A DNA stretch of 64,000 bases from NCBI GenBank assembly GCA_965228475.1, contig OZ245817.1, positions 192,001 to 256,000 on the forward strand. The letters run 5' to 3'. Of this stretch, positions 29,126 to 38,840 are shown one piece after another. Source of the stretch: Myxococcota bacterium (GTDB lineage Bacteria > Myxococcota_A > UBA9160 > JAFDDA01). The position numbers were made by a program, and so were the translations under genes. The notes below the pieces were generated by a model, which was not told where the DNA came from, did no database searches, and was given only the letters and a program-made list of their open reading frames with translations. Every line of letters starts with the position of its first letter. The first letter of the stretch is position 1.

Positions 29126-32100
29126 TCAACGCGCGCGCGCGCCGCGCTCTTCGAGGCGCGCGAAGAGCCAGCTCCGCCGCATTCGGTCCGATTCGGCGAC
29201 CTGGACGCGGCCGAGAGCTTCCGCGGCAGTCACGAGCTGTTCAGGACTGGCGTCGGGCCGCAGGACGAGTTCCCGGATGGCGGCCAGAGCCGTTGCAGGA
29301 TCCTCGGCGGCGACGGCTGCCCGCACGCGGAGCGTGAGATCCGAAGTCTGGGGCCAGGCTGCGAGCAGCGGCGCCACCAGGCGGAGTGCAGTCTGGGCTC
29401 GTTCGGGCTCGCCCGATTCGATTCGCCAGGCGATCCGGAGCCGCGCGGCCGCGTCGTGGAGCGGGTCGCGAACGTCGAAGCCCGCGAGCTCTGCATCGAG
29501 TTCGCGCAGGGCCGCGAAGCGGCCCTCCCGTGCGAGACCCGCGGCATCGAGATAGAGCTGTTCCTGCCGGCGGCGCGCGGTCGGAGGCGGGCCCGTCCCG
29601 GCCGCGGCGCGGATCAGGGCGACGGCGCGCAGCTCCGGGTCATTGGGGTGGTCTGCCAAGGCTCGTTCCAACGCCTCTGGTCCGACCTGGCCGGCGAGCG
29701 CGCGAACGAGCAGCGCGCTGCGAGTCGTGACCCGGACGTCCGGATGGGCCGAAGCCAGGCGCAGCGCCCGCTCGGCCTGTTGCTCGAGCACCAGCCGGCG
29801 AATCGCGTACGAGAAGTCTTCGTCCGATGCGAGCTGTGAAAGCGGGTCGTGGCGGAGCAGCGCCGCGAGGAGCGCCGCCTGGTTCTCCCGGTATCGCGCG
29901 AGTACGCGGGGAGAGCGCATCTGAAGGAGGTTGTGGTCATCCGTGTTGATGGTGGCGCCCTCCGAGAACCGGCGCGCGTTCTCTTCATCGAACATCAGCG
30001 CCGTGCGGACATCGTCCGCGCTGCGCAGTCCGATCGATTCGAAGATCTCGGGAGAGTCTGCCAGGGCCTGCTGCGACGTGGACTCGATGTCCAGGGGGCC
30101 CTCGGAGGCAACGAACAGCACCGCCCACGGGGGGAGGGGGCTGTAGACACGCACGTGAGGGAAGACCGATCGCAGCGTGGCGACGAGGGTCTGCAGCAGC
30201 TCGACGTCGATGAACTGCGAGCCCATCCACTGGACGAACACGCCATCTTCGGTGAGCCGGGACCGAACGAGTTCGAAGAAGTCGCGCGTATAGAGATGGG
30301 CAGCACCTGCGACCCAGGGGTGGGAGGGCTGGGAGATGATCCCGTCGTAGCGTTGATCGGTGAGCAGAAGTGTGGCCCGCGCATCGTTGACGGCGACGTT
30401 GACACGCGGATCGGCCAGGGGATCCGATCTTCGCAGGGGGCCGACGTTTCGGTTCGCATCGACGACCCGGGGTTCGAGTTCCACGACGTCGATTCGTTCG
30501 AGCCCTTTCGGAAGGTCTTCGATGGCCACGCCGCCGCCCAGGCCGATCGAGAACAGGCTGCGCGCGTCCGGCCGAGCCAGGACGGGCATCAGGCCCAGCC
30601 AATGCGATGCCTCGTCGATGGCGGCTCGCTCCCCCCGGCGGAGGATCTCGGCTTCGGTCAGCCCATTCGTCCGCAGCTGGAACCCGTGAGGCTGCTCCAG
30701 AGTCAGGACCGTCGCGCTCCGGCCGACTGCGTAGTCGATGACCTGGCCCGCCTCCGAGGTGCTCCCGCCAATGCTCGAGAGCAATACGCCCCAGGGCGGT
30801 TGGACACGCACCAGGACCATCAGGACCGCCATCGCTCCCGCGGCCACCCAGACCCGCCGCGAGACGCCGGGAAGCAGCCAGACGGATCCGGCCGCCAGAG
30901 CCAGATTCAACGCGACGGCCAGCGAGAGGGAGAGCGCATAGCCGAGCGCCGGGATCGCGAAGAAGCCGGCGCCCAGAGCCCCGACGATGGCGCCGACGGT
31001 GTTCCAGGCGTAGACCCGCGCGCTCACGGGTGCCGCGTCGGTTTCGCGCTCCGCCAGGACTCGAACTGCCAGGGGGAACGTCGCTCCGATGCAGATCGTC
31101 GAGGGGAGGAGCACCAGTCCGGCGACGATCGCGTCTCCCGTCGAGTTGGTGCCGATCCCGGCCGACAGGTTCCGCACGAGAGCCGGAAGCCAGTCCACCC
31201 CGACGTAAGCGGCGACGGAGAGCACCGCGGTGCCGAACTGGGCCCAGCCGAACGCGGTCGCGGCGCGTACCGGCGTCGAAGCGAAGCGTCCTGCAGCGAG
31301 GGCACCGAGCGCGATGCCCGAGAGGAACGTGGCCAGCATGATCGCGAACGCGTAGACGCTGCCTCCGAGGACGTGGGCGAGGAGGCGGGTCCAGAGCACT
31401 TCGTAGGTGAAGGAGCAGACGCCCGAGAGAAGGATTGCCGGAAGGATCCACCGTCGCGAGCCCGCGAGCGCCGGAACGGTGGCGTCCTCTCCTGCCGTGG
31501 GCGCTTCGACTCCCCGCGACAGCGCCACGGCCGCGACGAAGACGAGCACGTTCACGGCGACCGCAATCCAGACCGTGGTCTGCAGGCCGAGCGTCGGCAG
31601 CAGGGCGAATCCGGCCAGGAGCGTTCCTGCAACGGCACCAACGGTGTTCGCGCCGTAGAGGACGCTCACGCGCGCACCGATCTCTTCCCGCCTCCTGACC
31701 GCGTGCCGGATCAACAGCGGAAGAGTCGCTCCCATGAGCGCGGTCGGAACGATCAGGATGATGAGCGAGCAGAGGAGATAGAACGAGGTGAAGGCCGTTC
31801 CGGTGGACTCGACCATCCCCGCCGCGGAGAAGAGCGCGACGTAGAGGTCCATGGAGAGCTCGATGGCAAGCGGAACGGCGAGGGCGGTGACGGCTACGCC
31901 CAGCTCGAGCAGGGCGTAGGCGAGAATCGGGCGCTCGATGCGAGGGGCGAGCTTCGCTCCGACCGCCGCTCCGAGGGCAAGGCCCGCCATGTACGCGGCG
32001 AGTACGGTGGCGACCGCGAGTTCGGAGGTGCCGAAGACGAAGGCGAACTGGCGTGTCCAGGCCGTCTGGTAGATCAGCGCGGCGAGACCCGAGAGGAAGA

Positions 32101-32140
32101 AGCAGATCAGGAGGAGGATCAGGGTGGATCGTTCTCGCAT
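29126..32140 (-). CDS. Fused MFS-like membrane domain / spermidine synthase-like protein
   Basis: FFLSGLAALIYQTAWTR, LMGATLP and YGANTVGA in a duplicated TM block; then IGLGGG, DVVELEP, NDAR and SQPSHPW SAM-binding motifs; helical C-terminus. Confidence 0.88.
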   Translation of the reverse strand: MRERSTLILLLICFFLSGLAALIYQTAWTRQFAFVFGTSELAVATVLAAYMAGLALGAAVGAKLAPRIERPILAYALLELGVAVTALAVPLAIELSMDLYVALFSAAGMVESTGTAFTSFYLLCSLIILIVPTALMGATLPLLIRHAVRRREEIGARVSVLYGANTVGAVAGTLLAGFALLPTLGLQTTVWIAVAVNVLVFVAAVALSRGVEAPTAGEDATVPALAGSRRWILPAILLSGVCSFTYEVLWTRLLAHVLGGSVYAFAIMLATFLSGIALGALAAGRFASTPVRAATAFGWAQFGTAVLSVAAYVGVDWLPALVRNLSAGIGTNSTGDAIVAGLVLLPSTICIGATFPLAVRVLAERETDAAPVSARVYAWNTVGAIVGALGAGFFAIPALGYALSLSLAVALNLALAAGSVWLLPGVSRRVWVAAGAMAVLMVLVRVQPPWGVLLSSIGGSTSEAGQVIDYAVGRSATVLTLEQPHGFQLRTNGLTEAEILRRGERAAIDEASHWLGLMPVLARPDARSLFSIGLGGGVAIEDLPKGLERIDVVELEPRVVDANRNVGPLRRSDPLADPRVNVAVNDARATLLLTDQRYDGIISQPSHPWVAGAAHLYTRDFFELVRSRLTEDGVFVQWMGSQFIDVELLQTLVATLRSVFPHVRVYSPLPPWAVLFVASEGPLDIESTSQQALADSPEIFESIGLRSADDVRTALMFDEENARRFSEGATINTDDHNLLQMRSPRVLARYRENQAALLAALLRHDPLSQLASDEDFSYAIRRLVLEQQAERALRLASAHPDVRVTTRSALLVRALAGQVGPEALERALADHPNDPELRAVALIRAAAGTGPPPTARRRQEQLYLDAAGLAREGRFAALRELDAELAGFDVRDPLHDAAARLRIAWRIESGEPERAQTALRLVAPLLAAWPQTSDLTLRVRAAVAAEDPATALAAIRELVLRPDASPEQLVTAAEALGRVQVAESDRMRRSWLFARLEERGARAR

Positions 32141-32314
32141 GGGCTCCAAGAGGTAGCGGAAGAACGAACCTCGGGCACGACTCGCCAGCGGTACTCGGGA
32201 CCGGCATTTCGCGTGCAGCCCGGTGCGATTCCGCAGGCGAATCCCGATCCATGACAGGGGTTTCCATGGCGCCTAAGATCCGCCTGTCCCCGGGTTCCAA
32301 GGGCGGACGATTCG

Positions 32315-33538
32315 ATGAGCGACGGTCTCGCGCGCTGTTTTTCTCCGGCCCGGCTGGGCGGGCTCGAGCTGCGCAACCGGCTGATCAAGGCGGCGACCTT
32401 CGAGGGCAAGTCGCGCGGCGGGCGGGTGAGCGACGAACTCGTCCAGCTCCATCGCCGCATGGGCGAGGGCGGCGTCGCCATGACCACGCTCGCCTACTGC
32501 GCGGCCGAAGCGGACGGCCGTCTCCACGAGCACATGCTCTACATGGACGAGGTCGCGCGGCCCGGTCTCGAGCGGCTCATCGCGGCGGTGCGAGAGACCG
32601 GAGCGAAGGTCTCGGGGCAGCTCGGCCACTGCGGGAACTTCACCAAGAACCGGGAGTTCCGCGGCAAGCGCCCGCTCGGACCCTCGCGCGGGATCAACTC
32701 CTTCGGGCTGACCCACGGCCTGCCCTTCGCCGGGTCGCTCAGCCAAAGCCAGATCCAGGAGCGCGTGCGGGCCTTCGCGCGCGCCGCGCGCTTCATGGTG
32801 GATACGGGTTTCGACGCCATCGAGATCCACTTCGGCCACGGCTACGGCATCAGTCAGTTCATCAGCCCGCGCACCAACCGCCGGACCGACGAATACGGCG
32901 GCACGCTCGCGAACCGCATGCGCTTCGGGCTCGAGGTCCTCGAAGCCGTGCGCGCCGAGGTGGGGAGCGGCTTTCCGCTCCTCGCGAAGATCAGCATGAG
33001 CGACGGCGTGAAGGGCGGGGTCCGCTACGAGGACTCCGTCGAGATCGCCGCCATGCTCGAGGCGGGCGGCATCGACGCCATCATCTGCAGCGGCGGGACG
33101 AGCAGCATGAATCCGATGCTGCTCTTCCGCGGCGACAGCCTCGCGCCGGGGCTGATCGAGCAGGAAACCAACCCGATCATGAAACTCGGGATGAAGCTTG
33201 CGGGGCCGCGGCTCTTCCGGGAGTACCCCTACGAGGAGACGTACTTCCTCGAACAAGCCCGGCGCATCCGCGACCGCGTGCAGTGCGGCGTCTGCTACAT
33301 CGGCGGCGTGGCGACTTCCGAGAGCATCGCCCGCGTGATGGACGCCGGCTTCGACTTCATCCAGCTCGGGCGCAGCCTGATCTACGACCCGGACTTCCCG
33401 AAGAGCGCCCAGGCCGACGCCGCGCACGAGAACGGCTGCACCCACTGCAACCGCTGCGCGACGCTGATCGACGCGCCGGCGGGGATCCACTGCGTACTCC
33501 GCCCGAACTCCTTCGCTTCGCGGAGTGCCGAGGCCTAG
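32315..33538 (+). CDS. NADH:flavin oxidoreductase (old yellow enzyme family)
   Basis: LRNRLIKAAT, IEIHFGHGYGISQFISPRTNRRTDEYGG and C-terminal CTHCNRC. Confidence 0.9.
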   Translation: MSDGLARCFSPARLGGLELRNRLIKAATFEGKSRGGRVSDELVQLHRRMGEGGVAMTTLAYCAAEADGRLHEHMLYMDEVARPGLERLIAAVRETGAKVSGQLGHCGNFTKNREFRGKRPLGPSRGINSFGLTHGLPFAGSLSQSQIQERVRAFARAARFMVDTGFDAIEIHFGHGYGISQFISPRTNRRTDEYGGTLANRMRFGLEVLEAVRAEVGSGFPLLAKISMSDGVKGGVRYEDSVEIAAMLEAGGIDAIICSGGTSSMNPMLLFRGDSLAPGLIEQETNPIMKLGMKLAGPRLFREYPYEETYFLEQARRIRDRVQCGVCYIGGVATSESIARVMDAGFDFIQLGRSLIYDPDFPKSAQADAAHENGCTHCNRCATLIDAPAGIHCVLRPNSFASRSAEA

Positions 33539-35757
33539 GGGGCGCCGAGCCTCGCGCATTCGAGGCCGCCGGGCGCCGCGCCGCAGACGTCGGCCCGGCC
33601 GTCGCCATCGACGTCCCCGAGGCGGACGGTCATGCCGCGCTCCGTGGCGCCCCAGCCTCCCGCGTTCCCGAAGTGGCGCGAGACGTGATGCACCAGTCGC
33701 GAGAACCGGCCGTCCACCGAGAACAGACAGAGCAGTCCCGCGCCGCCGCGGCCGCAGAGATCGGCGCGGCCGTCGCCGGTGACGTCGCCGAGCTGGACGG
33801 TACGCCAGTAGGCCTCGAGCCCGGACCAGCCCGCGCCGTCGGAGAAGTCGCCCTGGGAGCGCATGGCCGGGTCGCGGAAGGCGCTGGCCCCCGGCTCGGC
33901 GAGGGCGCAGTGGACGCCGTCGCCGCCGCGTTCGCAGAGGTCGGCGTCCCCGTCGGCGTCGAGATCCCCGAGGCGGAGCGTGCGTCCGGCCTGCGCGGCG
34001 GGAAGCCCGAGCGCGGTTCCCCATTCGTTCCCGATCCAGGTCGTGCCCGGCCCGAAGCTCGTGCCGTCGCTCCGGTGGCAGGTGACGCCGTCGCCCGCGC
34101 GGGCGCACAGGTCGCTGCGGCCGTCGCCATCGACGTCGCCGAGCCGCAGGGATCCGAAGACCTCCGGGGCCGTCCCCCCGGCGGCGTCGGCGTAGGCCGA
34201 GGTCCAGAGGGCACGCGAGACGAAGGCGCCGCCGTTCGACTGCACGCACCAGACGCCGGCCGAGCCGCGCGCGCAGAGATCGGCGAGCCCGTCGCCCGTG
34301 ACGTCGCCGAGCATCACCGTCGAGCCGTACATCTCGGCGCCCCAACCGAGGGCGTCGCTGAAGTCGTCGTGCCAGCGGGTCGGCGCGGCGAAGCTCCCGT
34401 CGCCCGCGGCGAGCGCGCACCAGGGGCCGTCGGCCCGGCGCGCGCAGGCGTCGTCGTCGCCGTCGCCATCGAGGTCCGCGAGCCCGAGGCTTCGATAGCG
34501 CGAGGGGTCGGATCCGAACTCGGCGGAGGAGAAGTCCCCGGCGGTCGCGGCGGCGGCGGGAGCGGCGGCGAGCTCCCAGTTGCGGGCCAGCACGTCGCAG
34601 GCCACGACGCCCGGCCCACCCGGCCCCGAGCCGACGCAGAGCCCGCCGCTGCCACGCAGCAGCCCATCACTGAGGAGCGTCAGCCGTTGCGCTTCGACGT
34701 CGGCGCAGGTGTCGAGAAGCAGGGACGCGCCGAGGGTCCACGCGGACGCCGCCACGCAGAGCCCCGAGCCGTGTTCGAGGGTTCCTTCGCCGGCGACGCG
34801 GAAGCGCTGCTCCGGCGCGCCCGAGCACGGTGCGAACGCGAGCGCCGCGCCGACGGTGGGCGAAGCCGCCGCGAGGCAATCGCTGCCCCAGGCGAGCGCG
34901 CCCGCCGCCGGCGTCATCCCCGCGCGGGCGATCTCGCGGTCGTTCCAGGCGTTCGGTCCGGCGCCCGCGTCGAAGCCGTGGTAGACGGACTGGATCGCCC
35001 GGCTCTCGGTCTGCTCGTCCGGCGAGAGGTTCACGGGTTCCGAGCTCGTGTTGTAGGTCCGGTAGGAGCGCAGCACGCGCCCGCCGCCCGCGGCGAGGTG
35101 GGCGTCGAAGGCGAAGCGCGCGCCGTAGATGTGGTCCGAGTGATCGCTCCCGTGGTAGTCGCTCGCGTCCATGATGCGGAGCGTGCGGGGGCGGTGGGTC
35201 GCGATGAGGGCGCGCAGGACCTCGACGAGCTCCGGGCCCGTGTACTGCTGCGCGCCGTCGATCGAGTCGATCGTGGTGCCGGGCCCGCCGGTGCGCAGGA
35301 TCTCGAGGCTCTGGAAGCCGGTGGCCGGGTACCCGCTTCCGCCCGGGTTCCCGTCGGGCAGGCGCAGGTAGACCAGGGTCACCGGGGCGCCGACGAGCCG
35401 GCGCGCCACGAGCGAGCGCCCGGCGACGGAAAGAACGCGCGGCTCCCAGACGTCCGGCACGCCGGCCATGGCCGCGTAGGCGGCCTGCACGCCGAGCTCG
35501 CGGTTCTGCCAGTGGCCGTTGGTCAGGCTGCCGGCGTCGCCCGCGGTCAGGTAGACCGTCCAGGATTCGCCGCCGCCCTGGACCCCGCGCAGCACCGCGG
35601 GGTTCATGAAGTAGGTGTCGTCGTCCTGGTGGGCGACGATCTGCATCTGCTCGATCGAGGCGGGCTTGCAGCCTGGTGCGAGCTGGGTCGCAGCCAGCCC
35701 GGCGAGCAGCCACAGGCGAAGGGAGAGGCGAGGACGGAGCGTGGAGCGGGGGAGCAT
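33535..35757 (-). CDS. Secreted lipoprotein: PIG-L family deacetylase + ricin-B lectin + FG-GAP/VCBS repeats
   Basis: Lipobox LAPGC; AHQDDD, YLTAGD and DHSDH motifs; Cys-paired ricin-like segment (DCL...PCSG..QRF); six repeats of L(G/A)DxxGDGxxDxC. Confidence 0.85.
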   Translation of the reverse strand: MLPRSTLRPRLSLRLWLLAGLAATQLAPGCKPASIEQMQIVAHQDDDTYFMNPAVLRGVQGGGESWTVYLTAGDAGSLTNGHWQNRELGVQAAYAAMAGVPDVWEPRVLSVAGRSLVARRLVGAPVTLVYLRLPDGNPGGSGYPATGFQSLEILRTGGPGTTIDSIDGAQQYTGPELVEVLRALIATHRPRTLRIMDASDYHGSDHSDHIYGARFAFDAHLAAGGGRVLRSYRTYNTSSEPVNLSPDEQTESRAIQSVYHGFDAGAGPNAWNDREIARAGMTPAAGALAWGSDCLAAASPTVGAALAFAPCSGAPEQRFRVAGEGTLEHGSGLCVAASAWTLGASLLLDTCADVEAQRLTLLSDGLLRGSGGLCVGSGPGGPGVVACDVLARNWELAAAPAAAATAGDFSSAEFGSDPSRYRSLGLADLDGDGDDDACARRADGPWCALAAGDGSFAAPTRWHDDFSDALGWGAEMYGSTVMLGDVTGDGLADLCARGSAGVWCVQSNGGAFVSRALWTSAYADAAGGTAPEVFGSLRLGDVDGDGRSDLCARAGDGVTCHRSDGTSFGPGTTWIGNEWGTALGLPAAQAGRTLRLGDLDADGDADLCERGGDGVHCALAEPGASAFRDPAMRSQGDFSDGAGWSGLEAYWRTVQLGDVTGDGRADLCGRGGAGLLCLFSVDGRFSRLVHHVSRHFGNAGGWGATERGMTVRLGDVDGDGRADVCGAAPGGLECARLGAP

Positions 35758-35849
35758 GGACACCTCGATCCCGTGTTCTACCACGGATCGAGGCCCCGGC
35801 GGCGGTGCGAGGCCGGCCCCGGCGGGCAGGGCCGGCCCGAGGCCCGGCG

Positions 35850-36227
35850 CTAGCCCATCCGGTAGAGGTACTCCTCCTGGACGATCTTGCCGGCCTTCAG
35901 CGTGTAGAGCCCGACCTCGCTCATCTGCTGCCGCTCGCCCGAGGCCTTCGGCGTGACGTCGAGATCGAACTGGACGACGAACTGATCCTCGCGGTGGCCG
36001 CAGAAGGGCCCGGTGGCCTGGGTCGCGTGGACCTCGTGGTTGTCGAACCACCAGGCGTGCTTGCCCCGGATGGCGGCGATGCCTTCCATGCGGCCGGGCA
36101 TCTCCTCGGAGTCCTGGCCTTCGATGCTCACGATGTTCTCGTCGTAGTACTTGTCGAGGATCTCGGCTTCCTTGTCCTTGTTGACGAGGCGGACGAACTC
36201 GGTTCCGATTTCGACGGCTTGGCTCAT
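35850..36227 (-). CDS. SnoaL-like/NTF2 family protein
   Basis: YDENIVSIE, GIAAIRGKHAWW and MSEVGLYTLKAGKIVQEEY motifs; GGAGG SD. Confidence 0.85.
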   Translation of the reverse strand: MSQAVEIGTEFVRLVNKDKEAEILDKYYDENIVSIEGQDSEEMPGRMEGIAAIRGKHAWWFDNHEVHATQATGPFCGHREDQFVVQFDLDVTPKASGERQQMSEVGLYTLKAGKIVQEEYLYRMG

Positions 36228-36349
36228 GACGTTTCCTCCCTTGGGACGCGGCACGTTAGACTACCCTGGGCGGCGCGCCGTGCGGCGCGTGCCCAGCCGG
36301 TCTGCTGACGCCATGCTGTCAGGAGACCCTCGCGAAAGGAAGCCCGTTC

Positions 36350-37954
36350 ATGGCCGAAGACACCGCCGACGTCCTGGTCATCGGCGCAGGCGCCGCAGGC
36401 GCTGCCTTCTCCTGGGCCATGGCCGAGACGCGCATGAAGATCGTGTGTCTCGAGCAGGGCGGCTGGATGGACCCGGGTCAGTATCCCACCACGGGCATGG
36501 ACTGGGAGATGCAGCGCTTCGGCGCCTTCGGCTTCAGCCCGAACGCCCGCGGCCGCCGCGAAGACTACCCCGTCAACGACACGGACTCGCCGATCAAGAT
36601 CTCGAACTTCAACGCGGTCGGCGGGAGCACCGTCCTCTACGCCGCGCACTTCCCGCGCTTCCATCCGTCGGACTTCCGCGTGAAGAGCCTCGACGGCGTC
36701 GGGGACGACTGGCCGATCGACTACGAGACGCTCGCGCCGTACTACGACGAGAACGCGCGCATGATGGGCGTGGCGGGCCTCGCCGGGGACCCGGCGTACC
36801 CGCCGAAGGAGCCGACGCTGCCGCCGGTGCCGCTCGGCAAGCTCGGCGAAACCCTCGGCCGCGGCTTCAACCGCCTGGGCTGGCACTGGTGGCCGTCCGA
36901 CAGCGCCATCGCCACGGCGGAGCACGGCGGCCGCGCGCCCTGCATCAACCTCGGCCCCTGCATCATGGGCTGCGCCCAGGGAGCGAAGGGCAGCACCGAC
37001 GTCACCTACTGGCCCGTGGCGGTGCGCGAGGGCGTCGAGCTGCGAACGCACAGCCGGGTCGCCGAGATCACCGTCGGAGCGGACGGCCTGGCCGACGGCG
37101 CCGTCTACTTCGACGCGGAGGGGAACGAGCGGCGCGTGAAGGCCGAGATCGTCGTCGTGGCGTGCAACGGCGTCGGGACGCCGCGGCTGCTCCTGAACTC
37201 GGCGTCCAAGGCCTTTCCGGACGGCCTCGCCAACCGCAGCGGCCTCGTCGGCAAGAACCTCATGTTCCATCCCTACGGGATGATCACCGGGGTCTTCGAG
37301 GAACCCCTCGAAGGCTACAAGGGCCCGACGGGCTGCTGCCTGATCAGCCAGGAGTTCTACGAGACGGACGCGTCGCGCGACTTCGTGCGCGGCTACACGT
37401 TCGAGACCCTGCGCGGCATGGGACCGGTGGAGACGGCGATGCTCGGTCTCTCGACCGGACGGGTCCCGATGGGCCGCGAGCACCATGAAGCGTATGCCGC
37501 GCTCTGGAACCGCACGGCCGGCATGGTCGCGATCTGCGAGGACCTTCCGGAAGAGTCGAACACCGTGACGATCGACCCGGAGCTGCGTGACGCGGACGGC
37601 ATCCCCTGTCCCAAGATCGACTACACCCTCTCGCAGAACAGCCGCGACATGCTCGACCACGCCGTCGCGCGCGGCGTCGAGATCCTCGAAGCCGCGGGCG
37701 CGAAGGACACGATGCACACGGCGCCGCTCCCGCCCGCCGGCTGGCACCTCATGGGCACGGCCCGCATGGGCGAAGACCCCGAGCGCTCCGTCGTCGATGG
37801 CTTCGGCCGGAGCCACGACGTGAAGAACCTGTTCGTGATCGACGGCAGCGTGTTCGTGACCTCGGCGGCGGTGAACCCGACCAACACGCTCCAGGCGCTG
37901 GCGCTCCGCACCGCCGACTACATCAAGCAGAACCTCACCACCCTCTTCGACTGA
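36350..37954 (+). CDS. GMC family oxidoreductase
   Basis: GAGAAG, VGGST, TPRLLLNS, HLMGTARMG and NPTNT motifs. Confidence 0.92.
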   Translation: MAEDTADVLVIGAGAAGAAFSWAMAETRMKIVCLEQGGWMDPGQYPTTGMDWEMQRFGAFGFSPNARGRREDYPVNDTDSPIKISNFNAVGGSTVLYAAHFPRFHPSDFRVKSLDGVGDDWPIDYETLAPYYDENARMMGVAGLAGDPAYPPKEPTLPPVPLGKLGETLGRGFNRLGWHWWPSDSAIATAEHGGRAPCINLGPCIMGCAQGAKGSTDVTYWPVAVREGVELRTHSRVAEITVGADGLADGAVYFDAEGNERRVKAEIVVVACNGVGTPRLLLNSASKAFPDGLANRSGLVGKNLMFHPYGMITGVFEEPLEGYKGPTGCCLISQEFYETDASRDFVRGYTFETLRGMGPVETAMLGLSTGRVPMGREHHEAYAALWNRTAGMVAICEDLPEESNTVTIDPELRDADGIPCPKIDYTLSQNSRDMLDHAVARGVEILEAAGAKDTMHTAPLPPAGWHLMGTARMGEDPERSVVDGFGRSHDVKNLFVIDGSVFVTSAAVNPTNTLQALALRTADYIKQNLTTLFD

Positions 37955-37962
37955 GAAACCCC

Positions 37963-38415
37963 ATGCCGTTCTCCCCGCAAGACACCGCCACGCTTTCGGC
38001 CGTCCTCGACGAGATCATTCCGCCCAGCGAGGATGGCCGCATGCCCGGCGCCGGCGAAGTCGGCCTCGCCGCCTACATCGAGGAGGTCATCGGGCGTTCG
38101 CCGGAGCTCGGGCCGGCGGTCGAACAGGGGCTCTCGGCGCTCGACGCTGCGGCACGAGAGGCGGGCGGCGCCTTCGCCGAGCTCGATGCGGCGACCCGCG
38201 AGGCGGTCCTGAACGGCATCGCGGGGGAGCAGCCGGCCTTCTTGCCGGGGCTCGCCTTCCAGACCTTCACCGGGTACTACCAGCAGCCGCGCGTGCTCGA
38301 GGGCCTCGGCCTCGAAGGGCGCCCGCCGCACCCGAAGGGCTTCCCGCTCGAGGAGGGCGACCTCGGCCTGCTCGACCCGGTGCGCGAACGCGGGCAGCGC
38401 TACCGCGAGGCCTGA
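37963..38415 (+). CDS. Gluconate 2-dehydrogenase subunit 3-like protein
   Basis: DEIIPP..MPGA, FAELDAATREAVL and TFTGYY motifs; follows the GMC gene. Confidence 0.8.
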   Translation: MPFSPQDTATLSAVLDEIIPPSEDGRMPGAGEVGLAAYIEEVIGRSPELGPAVEQGLSALDAAAREAGGAFAELDAATREAVLNGIAGEQPAFLPGLAFQTFTGYYQQPRVLEGLGLEGRPPHPKGFPLEEGDLGLLDPVRERGQRYREA

Positions 38416-38438
38416 ACGGAGCGAGGCTCGAGCAGCGG

Positions 38439-38840
38439 TCAGGGCGCCGGGTCGAGCCGGACCGCCAGCGAGCGCGAAGCGTCCACGAACATCCCGACCC
38501 AGCGGTCCCGCCAGCCGTAGCGGGCGCGCAGGGCGGCGCGCACGTCGCCGGAGCGGCCGGGAACCGTCTGCGCGCGAAACTCGCGCGCGGCCGCGCCCTC
38601 GAACTCGAGCCGCAGCCGCGGGTCTTCGAGCACGTCGCGGTACCAGGCGTTCTCCGGCGTCCCGGCTTCGAGCCATGGATCCCCGTCGAGCTCGGCGACC
38701 CAGACGTGGGTCGTGCGCGGTTCGCCGCCCGCCGGGTACGTCGTGATGCGGGCGACCTCGGAGGATTCGAGCGCCCAGTAGGTGACGAGAAGAAAGGCCG
38801 CGAGCAGCACCGCTCCGAGGAGCAGCAGCCTGCGTGCCAC
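38439..38840 (-). CDS. Membrane-anchored split-barrel flavin/deazaflavin-binding protein (DDN/DUF2255-like)
   Basis: C-terminal part of the 705-aa track ORF; N-terminal TM helix; ITT..GEPRTTHVW and AWYRDVLEDPR motifs. Confidence 0.6.
   Translation of the reverse strand: MARRLLLLGAVLLAAFLLVTYWALESSEVARITTYPAGGEPRTTHVWVAELDGDPWLEAGTPENAWYRDVLEDPRLRLEFEGAAAREFRAQTVPGRSGDVRAALRARYGWRDRWVGMFVDASRSLAVRLDPAP

Noticed and set aside
29126..32140. MFS/spermidine synthase gene as a second foreign island
   Set aside because: GC is only slightly lower in a spot check (40/60), and there are no mobility signals.
32053..35853. Very long alternative-frame ORFs (e.g. 1266 aa here; also 41227-45072, 13074-16022, 15346-18324, 52279-55047)
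   Set aside because: Arg/Ala/Gly/Pro-rich shadow ORFs expected at about 70% GC; they overlap genes with clear family motifs.
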